Of a stretch of DNA of 64,000 nt, positions 51,446-64,000 are shown piece after piece. Under the pieces are notes generated by a model. It was given only the letters and a program-made list of their open reading frames with translations. It had not been told where the DNA came from and made no database searches. The stretch spans positions 35,650,001 to 35,714,000 of the forward strand of contig OX597836.1 of assembly GCA_951406725.2 (NCBI GenBank). The letters run 5' to 3'. A program made the position numbers and the translations under genes. Positions within the stretch are counted from its first letter, which is position 1. Every line of letters starts with the position of its first letter. Source of the stretch: Octopus vulgaris. Lineage: Eukaryota.

Positions 51446-51939
51446 ATATGTCGACAGTGTCTCCACCCTAAACAGCTTTTTTCCGATTCTCTTGTGTAAA
51501 AATATTATCGTTATGTTCTTCGTCGATGACGACGAAGACGCTCATAATTTCATTTATTATGCATATGTGCTTGTATAGGAAGTTAAAATGTCTGCCTATC
51601 ATAAAACTGAGTAGATTAAATGGTGATTAATCATCAGTCCTAGAATTGGCTCAACAATTCTTTCCCATAACGTACAGAATTGACCACATTGTGTATACAC
51701 GAACCGTTACGAGACAAGTGTGAAATATGATATATGAAGTTTTTATATCGGTTTTAGCTAATAAGGATGTATATGGATAGGGATATATATGCATACATAT
51801 ATATACATATACATATATATATATATATATATATACATATGTATATTTGTAAATGTACATAAATATGTATGTATGTATTTTCTGGCTCTCTCCCTCCCTC
51901 TCTCTCTCTCTCTCTCTCTATCTCTATATATATATATAC

Positions 51940-51972
<33 letters not shown>

Positions 51973-51973
<1 letters not shown>

Positions 51974-52725
51974 TGGGTTTTCCCACGCCCGTCTCCGCGG
52001 GACCACTCTTCCATCTTCCCCTCCGCTGGAGTCCTTTTCCTACCCCCCCATTTTTTTTCGTTACACACACGCGCACACATATACACACATTGCTTAAACA
52101 TATACATTACTCTTACACACATTCAATCTAGTCGCCACTAATACTACCACGACACTGGACACACACACACACTACTACTCAACACACGTTGGCACTCTAC
52201 ATACGCCCCCACCCCTTCCCCTCCCTCCCTTCCTCCTTCCTCCCTTTTCTTACTACTGACCTTTGTCTGCTATGCTGCTGCTATGCTGACCACCGTCTCG
52301 CCCTACCTCACACGCCTACACACAGACGCACACACTAACACATACATATATTTTTTTTGTTTTCTTACCTCGCCTCACACACACACATACACACACGCAC
52401 ACGCACACACTCACACATACACACACATCTGTTGCGTTACCAACCTTGTCTCCACTCTTTTGCCTTTAAAAACCCACTTTGCTCTTGTTATCGTAAACAT
52501 CCGCCTTTCACCATGTGCTACTCCTAACACCAGTCGTTTTTTTCTCTATCTCCGTTGCCCGCTCCGGGATCTTTCTTTCCTCTCTCTTCCTTCTTTATGT
52601 TTCCGACGAAGAGCTCCGCTCGAAACGTCATACCTCCCTGCTTCCATTTCCTGAGCGCCTATTAATAATAATACTGTAATTGTTCCATTGTTGTTGTTTT
52701 TTTGTTTCCCGTTTGGATTAAAATT
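51973..52725 (+). mobile_element. PLE-like 3' region with a minimal hammerhead-like motif (52599-52633)
   Basis: C/A-rich region, then GTTT-CCGACGA-A-GAGC(TCC)GCTC-GAAACGTC-ATAC, then (TA)n; the 3' part is homologous to 44690-44895. Confidence 0.55.
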
Positions 52726-52862
52726 ATATATATATATATAACAGCCGAAATCTGCGATGAGGGATCAGTTTCTGACTGAAGAATGAAGGCTTTGAATGAC
52801 CCGTTTGTCTTTTTGTTCGTCCCTTCGTGTATTTCACGTTATTTATTCATGTAAAGGTTTAT

Positions 52863-52898
<36 letters not shown>

Positions 52899-52947
52899 TA
52901 TATGCAGAAACACGAAAACACGTTACATATACACATACATATTTGTA

Positions 52948-52999
<52 letters not shown>

Positions 53000-53478
53000 C
53001 ATACAGAACACACTGATATTGTTCTTAATCGAGTGTCGGTGTTGTAGCTGAACATAATTAATGAATACCAAATCACGATAGCTATCTCTTTAGTATCTTC
53101 AGTGAATCTCATTAAATATTCAACGTCGGAAATTCGATGAAAAATGGTCAACATATTCTATACTTAGAAGTGTATGGAGTTTGATACATGTTTTAATCAA
53201 TTATATTTAGCAAGGTTATGCATCTTATACACGATTTCGTTCAAGTGTTTTGAGTCGAGTTACACATCTCTGCATCGAAATACGTATTCAACAAATTATC
53301 ACGATTTTCATTGACGCGTCTTCACGTTTGGCTGTAATTGACGTTTTTCATTGCGGTTTACATCTCCTTTGTTGTATTTAGATTCGTATGTTTACTAAAT
53401 CCAATATATGGGTGATTGAACCTTTAACGCATTTTGCTATTATTTATGCGATGCATAAGCTGCTCTAGATTGGGTGGA

Positions 53479-53857
53479 AGCACTCCGTCGGTTACGACGA
53501 TGAGGGTTCCGGTTGATCCGATCAACGGAACAGCCTGCTCGTGAAATTAACGAGTAAGTGGCTGAGCACTCCACAGACACGTGTACCCTTAACGTAGTTC
53601 TCGGGGATATTCAGCGTGACACAGAGAGGGACAAGGCCGGCCCTTTGAAATACAGGTACAACAGAAACAGGAAGTAAGAGTGAGAGAAAGTTGTGGTGAA
53701 AGAGTAAAGCAGGGATCACCACCATCTCTGCCGGAGCCTCGTGGAGCTTTTTAGGTGTTTTCGCTCAATAAACACTCACAACGCCCGGTCTGGGAATCGA
53801 AACCGCGATCCTATGACCACGAGTCAATTGCCCTAACCACTGGGCCATTGCGCCTCC
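53479..53857 (-). mobile_element. SINE A, full length
   Basis: Family match; TSD GCTCT(A/C)GATT. Confidence 0.9.
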
Positions 53858-54519
53858 GCTCTCGATTAGCAGAGTTAGCGTAGCATACCTTCATTTTCTG
53901 TTTATTAAAAATAGCATGATACCGATTAGATATAGGAAAACATTTGTCCAAAGCAGCAAAAAATTTACATATATCCGACGGACTTGTTTTAGGTTCCGTC
54001 TACCAAATACACTGACAAGGCTTTGATCGGCCCGAGGGACTTGCCTAATGTACCACGCAGTGGGACTGAAGCCGGAGCCACGTGGTTGGCAAGCAAGTTT
54101 CTTACGACAGAGCCATGCCTGCGCCTAAATTAAAAACTATACACCGCCATTCCAAACAGGATTGACACGTACTATGCAGAGAATATTGTGAATACACACC
54201 GTGTGTATTGATACATTACGCGTTCACAAAGAATTACAACACTAGAAAACGCATACACACACATGCCCCAGCATGGCCACAGCTCATTAGCTGAAACTGG
54301 AAAAATCAAAAATCAAAATCAAATCATAGAGCAAAACATACAGATTATTTTCCTATGACATCGTCACAAGCATTAAAAAATATGGCAAACACCACATTTC
54401 GAAATAAAAATATGACGCGTACACAAGAATTCACAAAACGTACTTACTCATAAACGTACATTCAAAATTTGAAGCAATTATAAATAGATAGCTGTAAACA
54501 TTTATGTATATTTTATGCA

Positions 54520-55472
54520 TAGGCGTAGGAGTGGCTGTGTGGTAAGTTGCTTGCTTACCAACCAAATTGTTCCAAGTCCAGTCCTACTGCGTGGCACCTT
54601 GGGCAAGTGTCTTCTACTATAGCCTCAGGTCGACCAGAGCCTTGTGAGTGGATTTGGTAGACGGAAAATGAAAGAAGCCCGTCGTATGTATATATCTATA
54701 TCTATATATATATATGTGTGTGTTATGTGTGTGTGTGTGTTTGTGTGTTTGTGTATCTGTGTTTGTACCCCCCAACATCGCTTGACAAAGACTACAGGCG
54801 TAGGAGTGGCTGTGTGGTAAGCCGCTTGTTTACCAACCACGTGGTTCCGGGTTCAGTCCTACTGCGTGGCACCTTGGGCAAGTGTCTTCTACTATAGCCT
54901 CGGGTCGACCAGAGCCTTGTGAGTGGATTTGGTAGACGGAAAATGAAAGAAGCCCGTCGTATGTATATATCTATATCTATATATATATGTGTGTGTATGT
55001 GTGTGTGTGTGTTTGTGTGTTTGTGTATCTGTGTTTGTACCCCCCAACATCGCTTGACAAAGACTACAGGCGTAGGAGTGGCTGTGTGGTAAGCCGCTTG
55101 TTTACCAACCACGTGGTTCCGGGTTCAGTCCTACTGCGTGGCACCTTGGGCAAGTGTCTTCTACTATAGCCTCGGGCCGACCAAAGCCTTGTGAGTGGAT
55201 TTGGTAGACGGAAACTGAAAGAAGCTCCTCGTATATATGTATATATATATGTGTGTGTGTGTGTGTTTGTTTGTGTCTGTGTTTGTACCCCCCAACATCG
55301 CTTGACAACAGATGCTGGTGTGTTTGCGTCCCCGTAAATCTAGCGGTTCGACAAAAGGGACCGATAGAATAAGTACTGGGCTTACAAAGAATGAAGTCCT
55401 GGGGTCGATTTGCTCGACTAAAGGCGGTGCTCCAGCATGGCCGCAGTCAAATGACTTGAAACAAGTAAAAGA
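54520..55472 (+). mobile_element. SINE B with triplicated 5' portion
   Basis: Heads at 54520, 54797 and 55068 joined by the identical linker AAGACTAC; single 3' tail. Confidence 0.9.
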
Positions 55473-55860
55473 GCATACGTTCATTTTCTACTCTATCTTT
55501 CCTGGGCTTCCAATCTTGTTCTGTTCTTTATTTGTCTACTTTTCAATGCGGTCATTCCAAAATAATGTGAAATTTCGATTTACAGATTTTTTTTCTTCAT
55601 CGCAATTTGTTTTTTAAAATTTATTTTCTATTTTTTTTTTTTTTTTTTCTTCAAATGAATTGTTTATGTCCGAAAGGTTACAGCATTTTCATTTCTGTAA
55701 CTCTCTGGAGAAAGAATAAATTTTAAAACTTTCACGGGGTTCTCATTGCGTGTGTATTATGATATTATGCATCAACATACACAAACACAAATACATACAT
55801 ACACACACAATCACGGACGCACCCACACAAACACACGCACCCATAAAACAGAATATGAGC

Positions 55861-55912
<52 letters not shown>

Positions 55913-55922
55913 GTATATATAT

Positions 55923-55969
<47 letters not shown>

Positions 55970-56011
55970 TATATATACATGTATATATATATATATGTAT
56001 ATATATATATG

Positions 56012-56052
<41 letters not shown>

Positions 56053-56119
56053 TCTGCGACGATTTTGATTACCACTGCCGAATTTTACAATTCTGTAAAT
56101 AATATTTTTTCTAACCTTT

Positions 56120-56196
<77 letters not shown>

Positions 56197-56721
56197 ACAT
56201 TTATATTTGAGTACATATGGTGCCTATGTGTCTGCGCGCGTACGTGTATGTGTGTGTTTTGTGTTTTGAATTATTTCAGTCGACAACTACTGAGAACTTG
56301 GTTTATTTGACGAACGGAATGTTTATTTATGATTTGGGACAACGCACTTAGTCACAAGCAACCCACACCTGTGAATATAAATATTTCTCTTTTAGATCAT
56401 TAAATATATTTGAGGTTAACCAGTTTGATATCTCGTCAAACTAAACACATGATATTCTGTTGTTACTGTTCTGTTCCAGGTCAGAATTGGTAGAAATGAA
56501 GCAGATGTAACCCATCCGTCATTTTACCACGTATAATATACATATTACATTTTCCTTTATCTTTCTTGATGAGGGTGAAATTTACAATGCATCCCTACAT
56601 GTAGAATTCACAATTTATTTGGGGTTTCAATATGGATGTCAAATATATAAAATATCTCTAGATCTACAGTGCTAGAGTCACAGAATATTGTAGAGGAGTC
56701 ACCGACTATATATCTGTCCGG

Positions 56722-57150
56722 TAGCGATTGGATATTTTCGCGTAAAGTTTGTTCCACCCCAACTGTGAATCATTTACGTTTGTCTTCTCCTGGACCTTCT
56801 CCGGGATTCCGTGACATTAAACCTTTGTACTTTCAATCCCAAACCTTGCGGAACATGTATGAAGCGATGGATTTGCATAGTAAGTAGAACCGCGGGTTTA
56901 AAAATAAACCACTTCTATATTCATTAGCAAGATAGCGATTGGAAGTTTTCGTGTGAAGTTTGTTCCACCCCAACTGTGAATCATTTACGTTTGTCTTCTC
57001 CTGGAGCCTTCTTCGGGATTCCGTGACATTAAACCTTTGTACTTTCACTCCAAACCCCGCGGAACATGTACGAAGCGATGGATTTGCATAGTAAGTAGAA
57101 CCGCGGGTTAAAAAAAAAAACCACTGCTATATTCATTGGCAAGATATCGC
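56722..57150. repeat. About 212-bp tandem duplication
   Basis: Units start at TAGCGATTGGA (56722, 56933) and are about 90% identical by eye. Confidence 0.9.
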
Positions 57151-57177
57151 AGTCAGAGTTTAACAGTTTGCTAATAT

Positions 57178-57413
57178 CTATTTCTTTACTACCCACACGG
57201 GGCTAAATACAGAGAGGGGACAAACAAGGACAGACAAACGGATTAAGTCGATTATATCGACCCCAGTGCGTAACTAGTACTTACTTAATCGACCCCGAAA
57301 GGATGAAAGGCAAAGTCGACCTCGGCGGAATTTGAGACTCAGAACGTAGCGGCAGACGAAATACTGCTAAGCATTTCGCTCGGCGTGCTAACGTTTCTAC
57401 CAGCTCGCCGCCT
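57178..57413 (-). mobile_element. SINE C monomer
   Basis: Family match; TSD TTTGCTAATATC. Confidence 0.9.
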
Positions 57414-57677
57414 TTTGCTAATATCGACTTCACCTCTTTGTCTCCAATGTCGTAAAAAGCTATTGATGGTCTTGCGTCAGTCTCCGGCAGGCATTTTATG
57501 TTATTAAATCCAGACGTTACATACTTCAGAATTAATAACAATATAACCACCGCTAACTATTAATAAGTTATCAGCTCTCATTATTTGCATTCTACTGAGA
57601 TATGATTTAAATTCTCTGTTAAAATTGTGGGAGATGGATGTAAAGTGAATATAATTGACGTTGAGAAATCAAGAAAT

Positions 57678-57910
57678 CAGGCGTAGGAGTGGCTGTGTGG
57701 TAAGTAGTAGCTTACTTACGAACCACATGGTTGCGGGTTCAGTTCCACTGCGTGGCACCTTGGGCAAGTGTCTTCTACTATAGCCTCGGGCCGACCAAAG
57801 CCCTGTGAGTGGATTATACATTCCGAAACTACTCACAGTAATAAGATCGACAAGCATAAATCATAATCACATCAGAAATGGCTGTAGACGGAAACTGAAA
57901 GAAGACCGTC

Positions 57911-57974
<64 letters not shown>

Positions 57975-57992
57975 CCCTCCTTCCTCTTCCTG

Positions 57993-58081
<89 letters not shown>

Positions 58082-58093
58082 TATATATATATG

Positions 58094-58142
<49 letters not shown>

Positions 58143-58151
58143 GTGTATATA

Positions 58152-58185
<34 letters not shown>

Positions 58186-58447
58186 TATATATATGTATAT
58201 ATATATGTATATGTATGTATGTGTATATGTTTGTGTGTCTGTGTGTGTCCCCAACATCGCTTGACAACCGATGCTAGTGTGTTTACGTCCCCGTAACTTA
58301 GCGGTTCGGAAAACAGACACCGATGGATTAAGTACTAGGCTTACAAAGAATAACTCCTGGGGTCGATTTGCTCGACTAAAGGCGGTGCTCCAGCATGGCC
58401 ACAGTCAAATGACTGAAACAAGTAAAAGGGTAAAGTGTAAAGAGTAA
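57678..58447 (+). mobile_element. SINE B with expanded microsatellite and a 71-bp foreign insert
   Basis: Family match; insert at 57816-57886. Confidence 0.9.
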
Positions 58448-58731
58448 ATAATTATATTCAGCCTGTGGCCTTATAGAAATGTTCGGTGGGTAAATGGCTG
58501 CTAGCATGAAAGTGGAATAACTTGAAGCAATAAATGTTTATTGTACCTATGTGTAAAGCAATAATTAAAGGTGTGAAAATCATTGATAATCGAATATTAC
58601 GAAATTGTTATTAATGTTGAAGATTGTAACTTCTGCAAAAACAATTTTCGGTGATTTGAGCTGCACGGAAAAGAACTGTTTTTATACAGCCATTTCTGAT
58701 GTGATTATGAATTATGCTAGTCTATCTTATT

Positions 58732-59115
58732 GTGGAGGCGCAATGGCCCAGTGGTTAGGGCAGCGGACTCGCGGTCGTAGGATTGCGGTTTCGATTCCCA
58801 GACCGAGCGTCGTGAGTGTTTATTGAGCGAAAACACCTAGAAGCTCCACGAGGCTCCGGCAGGGGGTGGTGATGATTCTTGCTGTACTCTTTCACCACAA
58901 CTTTCTCTCTCACTCTTACTTCCTGTTTCTGTTGTACCTGTATTTCAAAGGGGCCGGCCTTTTCACTCTCTGTGTCACGCTGAATATTCCCGAGAACTAC
59001 GTTAAGGGTGCACGTGTCTGTGGAGTGCTCAGCCACTTACACGTTAATTTCACGAGCAGGCTCTTCCGTTGATTCGGTTCAACCGGAACCCTCATCGTCG
59101 TAACCGACGGAGTGC
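58732..59115 (+). mobile_element. SINE A, full length
   Basis: Family match; 25-bp TSD ATGA(A/T)TTATGCTAGTC(T/G)ATCTTATT at 58707 and 59132. Confidence 0.9.
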
Positions 59116-59605
59116 AGATAGAAAATGAGAGATGATTTATGCTAGTCGATCTTATTACTGTGAGTAGTTTTCGGAATGTATAAAAATTAATGAATAAGTC
59201 ACCATTATCAATTTAATCTTTCTCCCTCGCTCTGTCTCTCTCTGTGTCTCTGTTATTCTCTATTTCAATCAGGTTTTGGTGGCATTAATTCCTATGTTGC
59301 AAATCAATATTATTCTGTTAAGTGATCTATTCGATATATCAGGAAAACTGTTATATTCCAATTAACTCCTAATTCATCAGTAAAGTTACAAGACAGAGGG
59401 AAGTACAGACATTACATAGTTAATCTAATAACGTACATAGCAACATATGCAAACATTTATTCAAGCATTTTCTCTCTGCTGATTTAAAGCCCAATATATG
59501 CTATATATATACGTATATATACATATTGATATATACATATATGTATGAATGTACACGCCTAAACACGCACACATGCACACATCTATCTATCTGTCTATCT
59601 ATCTG

Positions 59606-59649
<44 letters not shown>

Positions 59650-59951
59650 ACTATCTATCTATCTATATATACATATATACACATATTGTATGAGGTGTAT
59701 TTAATATCAGACGTTATCTAACATCTAAGCACATCGATACACACAACATAGTTCTGTAGTCTAGAATATTAACTTGCGCCTGGCCATTGAGATATGTTTA
59801 GGTGGAAATTAGTTTTAATATTACAAGTTTATGACTAATAGCAAAACCAATGTAATATTATCGCTTCATTTCTTATTTATTCATTTAACAAAATGAGAAC
59901 ATCAATAGCATACAAATATATCCTATAATTCAACACACACACACACACACC

Positions 59952-59985
<34 letters not shown>

Positions 59986-60050
59986 CATATATACATATAT
60001 AAGTATATATACATACATATATATATATATATATGTATATGTGTGTGTGT

Positions 60051-60093
<43 letters not shown>

Positions 60094-60700
60094 CATATAT
60101 ATATATATATATGTATATGTATATATGTATGGATGTGTGTATATTCTTGGAATATATTGGATATGACTCTCATCAAGGGATACTCTATTACATACTAATT
60201 ACTTCGTTTATATGTTCAATTACTAGAAACAATGTTTGATGATGAAGTCAAAATATCCATATATAAATATAAGGTGACCGAAAGGTGTTGAGCAATAGGA
60301 AACTTGTCTCATAATTTAGTACACGCGGGCGCGTGAGAATGTGTGTTTGCATGTGTACCTGGATATGTATCTATGGATATCTCCTATTTTTTAAAACGTC
60401 GAATCACGAAGGATATAAATCTATAGATAATAGTATGGCTTGAAATTGTTGACATTAGCTCGTGTGAATCGAACCCGCATCGACTATAACATTTTCAGGC
60501 TATTATTTACGGCTCGATTTGCTTCGAAATTCACCTAACTCTAACCCTAACCCTAACCCTGACTGCGACCAGGCTGGAGCACCCCCTTTGGCAGGTGGGA
60601 GGGACCGTGAAACACAGACACACACTCACACACATATGTATATATAATATCCCTTAGATGGTTATTTAACAGCAAACTTAATCTTTACTCTCTCTTCGTG

Positions 60701-60735
<35 letters not shown>

Positions 60736-60739
<4 letters not shown>

Positions 60740-60803
60740 GAAATGAAGAAAATGCTGACAAAATAATTTAAATTATTTTGTCAGCATTTTCTTCATTTCC
60801 TTT
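60736..60803. repeat. Perfect spacer-less palindrome in (TA)n
   Basis: AAAGGAAATGAAGAAAATGCTGACAAAATAATTT|AAATTATTTTGTCAGCATTTTCTTCATTTCCTTT. Confidence 0.9.
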
Positions 60804-60840
60804 TTTTATATATCCCAACTAGTGTTCCACATCTCCTTTT

Positions 60841-60882
<42 letters not shown>

Positions 60883-60885
<3 letters not shown>

Positions 60886-61552
60886 TAAGCAATTAAGGGT
60901 TTAGCAACAAATTGCCTTATCATACACCGAATTTAGAAATAGCAGTCAAAGAGATTATAGCTATTTCTTCTACTAAAAGGGAGATCACAGTAAAGACACA
61001 GCATTTGAAAGGCAAATACAAACAGGTAGAGAGAATGAATTAACGGCAATCTATCATACAGTTTTAAGTCACCTACGGACGTACGTTTCGAGATCAAGTC
61101 TTAGGAAAGCATAAGAATTAGATAACTCTACCTTACCCAGACTTCTTCTTTCATCTTCTTCTTTTGTATCCTGCGCTGATGAAAGAAGAAGTCTGGGTAA
61201 GGTAGAATTATCTATTTCTTATGCTTTCCTAAGACTTGATCTCGAAACGTACGTCCGTAGGTGACTTAAAACTGTATGATAGATTGCCGTTAATTCATTC
61301 TCTCTTACCTGTTTGTATTTGCCTTTCAAATGCTGTGTCTTTACTGTGATCTCCTTTTAGTAGAAGAAATAGCTATAATCTCTTTGACTGCTATTTCTAA
61401 ATTCGGTGTGTGGTAAGGCAATTCGTTGCTAAACCCTTAATTGCTTAGTATTACTTAAATTTTCCTCGAATGAGGCTTTTACATGCCGAAGACTACTTGG
61501 TGTAATTGATAATTATTCCAAATTAATTAATTTCACCCTTCATTGTTACTCA

Positions 61553-61556
<4 letters not shown>
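60883..61556 (+). mobile_element. Young PLE-like fold-back cassette in (TA)n
   Basis: Arms 60883-61155 / 61178-61450 (about 273 bp, few mismatches), 22-bp spacer, unique tail, then (TA)n. Confidence 0.8.
61170..61261 (+). ncRNA. Type I hammerhead ribozyme
   Basis: CCTGCG-CTGATGA-..AAGTCT...AGACTT..-GAAAC(GTAC)GTC^CGTAGG; 6-bp stem I; palindromic stem III ACGTACGT. Confidence 0.8.
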
Positions 61557-61600
<44 letters not shown>

Positions 61601-62123
61601 TACGAAATTTAGGGTGTGTGCAGAAATACTTGTGCAAGTTGTATGATGTCTCATCTATTCTTTTCCCAGTATAAATAAGGTAATATAAAGATGAAGATAA
61701 GAAGAATATACATACATACATATGATACAACACTGTGCTACCCATACGTTAGTTGATAATAATTTGCGAGAATGATGCCAACTCAGTTTTCAACAAGTGT
61801 GATGAATAATTTAGATGAGACCTTTCGACTAAGATTAACCCGGACTCTAGTACCGATTAAACAGCCAGATGATATCCGTATATGACAGCTACTGACACAA
61901 TTTATTACTAGAGGCAATATTCACATATAATTACATATTTAGCGATTACTGAGAAAGGGTTCAACATCCGTGCTTTCAGTGTGATCACCAGCTTGAGAGG
62001 TGTTTTAAATTATGATCCCTGTTTCAAATTCGATTCATTCTTCTATTAACATATAACAAAGGTTTTGTGTGTATGTATCACTTCCTTTCTATTTATCTAT
62101 ATCAATATCAACACGTTTCTCCG

Positions 62124-62210
<87 letters not shown>

Positions 62211-62340
62211 ATGCTATTATGAATATATAAGTATCATAAACACTTACAAATATACACGCACACACACATAAATACATGCATAAACACATATATATATATA
62301 TATATACATATGTGAGTATATATATATATATATATATATA

Positions 62341-62452
62341 TTACGGCCACACCTCGAATACTGCTGCCCACTGTGGTTTCCCCATACAAGACAAAACATC
62401 TCAAGGATTGAATCACCCCAGAGGGCACTCACTAAACGAATTGAAGGTATGG
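62341..62452 (+). pseudogene. CR1-group LINE ORF2 fragment
   Basis: LRPHLEYCCPLWFPHTRQNISRIESPQRALTKRIEGM matches the CR1 motif RPxLEYC..W.P....I..LE..QR..TK.I.G. Confidence 0.75.
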
Positions 62453-62957
62453 CAATGCGTTTATATATGTAGAAAGGGTAGTGTAACCTGAGGCAAATTT
62501 GGTTGATAACTCTGGTTGGAAAGATAAGCAAGGAAAATTTATTTCCAAAGGAGAACTACACGTGTGATTCTGTGCTCCACGATATTGGTAAAGACATGGA
62601 AGTTACAGGAACCGTCACACCTGATTCATTTCCTACTCAATCAGAATTAGCATCTGTTAAACACCACTGTTAATGAAAATAACAGGTTTCTGTCGGAGTG
62701 TACGTTCCAAAAGAGATGGAAGAATGTTGCACGAGTGTTGTGCGTACAAGGAACCGTGTAAATAGACGAAACAAAAAACGAAAAAAAAAGGTAGATCGGG
62801 GCTTGTGGGGTCGGGGCGTGGCCTGATCATCGCTTCATTTGTATTGTTTTTCTATAGTTAATTCGACTTGATTTTTAGGAATTGTATGTAAATTTCTAAA
62901 GTTACATTATATGTAAAATCACATCGCTTCACTGATCCCATCAGTTGTTCTGTCCAT

Positions 62958-63282
62958 TTCTATGTTTAGCCCCCGGTGGGCAATAAAGAATTTGATATTT
63001 TGTCTGCCGCTACGTCCTGAGTTCAAATTCCGCCCAGGGCGACTTTGCCTTTCATCCTTTTGGGGTCGATTAAATAAGTAACAGTTACGCACTGGGGTCG
63101 ATATAATCGACTTATTCCGTTTGTCTGTCCTTGTTTGTCCTCTCTGTGTTTAGCCCCTTGTGGGTAGTAAAGTAATAGGTATTTCGTCCGTCGCTACGTT
63201 CTGAGTTCAAATTCCGCCGAGGTCGACTTTGCCTTTCATCCTTTCGGGGTCGATTAAATAAGTACCAGTTACGCAGTGGGGT
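62958..63282 (+). mobile_element. SINE C concatemer (partial trimer)
   Basis: Unit junctions at about 62995 and 63180. Confidence 0.85.
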
Positions 63283-63555
63283 TGATTCTTTCGCCTCAAT
63301 TTCCTAGGGTGGTGCCCCAGCATGGCCGCAATGTAATGACTGAAACACGTAAGTGATAAGAAAAGTGTGTGTGCGTGTGTTTGTACGTGTGTATAAACAG
63401 GGTTAGAGAGGGGAGAGAGAGGGAGGGAGAAGGGAAAGAGAGTGGGAGAGAGGGAAGAGTGCGAGGAGAGGGGAGAGAGAGAGAGGGGGATAGATGTATA
63501 TGTAGAGGTATATTTGTATATCTGTATGTATGTGTGTGCGTGTGTATATATTTTG

Positions 63556-63595
<40 letters not shown>

Positions 63596-63829
63596 GAATG
63601 TAAATATGTATGTTTATATATATATATATATATGTGTATGTATGTATATATATATGTGTGTGTGTATGTCTCCATGTATATATGTATGTACTTATGTATA
63701 TATATATATGTATAATGAATGTATATATGTATGCATATATATATGTGTGTGTGTATGTATATATATATGTGTGTGTGTATGTCAGCACGTATATATGTAT
63801 GTACTTATGTATATATATATGTATGTATG

Positions 63830-63884
<55 letters not shown>

Positions 63885-64000
63885 ATATAAATATGTATAT
63901 ACATGTAGATATATGTGCGTCTGTGTATAAGAATGTATTTATGTGTGTAATGTATGTGGATATCATTCAGTTTCTTATATATAAGCGAAGTTGTAAGCGA

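Noticed and set aside
62800-62830. GC-box (GGGGCGTGGC) promoter
   Set aside because: A single short motif with no supported downstream gene start

Overview
This is AT-rich, extremely repeat-dense eukaryotic DNA. The repeat types and the density of (TA)n/(CA)n/(AAT)n tracts resemble an Octopus (coleoid cephalopod) genome, which is an inference. Nearly all ORFs in the supplied track are microsatellite or SINE artefacts. The window is dominated by three tRNA-headed SINE families (called A, B and C here). It also holds fragments of RTE and CR1-type LINEs, Tc1/mariner (DD37D-like), hAT-like, Helitron-like and 8-bp-TSD MITE elements, and two Penelope-like (PLE) GIY-YIG C-terminal fragments. The most notable signal is a set of about 10 short cassettes sitting in (TA)n tracts that carry type I hammerhead ribozyme folds (four canonical CUGANGA, several with a recurrent CCGANGA or CUGUAGA core), long fold-back inverted repeats, or both. 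Two phase-compatible, Cys-rich candidate host exons lie on the minus strand near 49.7-50.0 kb. Several repair and rearrangement footprints are readable: a fold-back LINE insertion, a templated inverted insertion and a SINE-mediated inversion. Coordinates were read by eye and may be off by a few bases.
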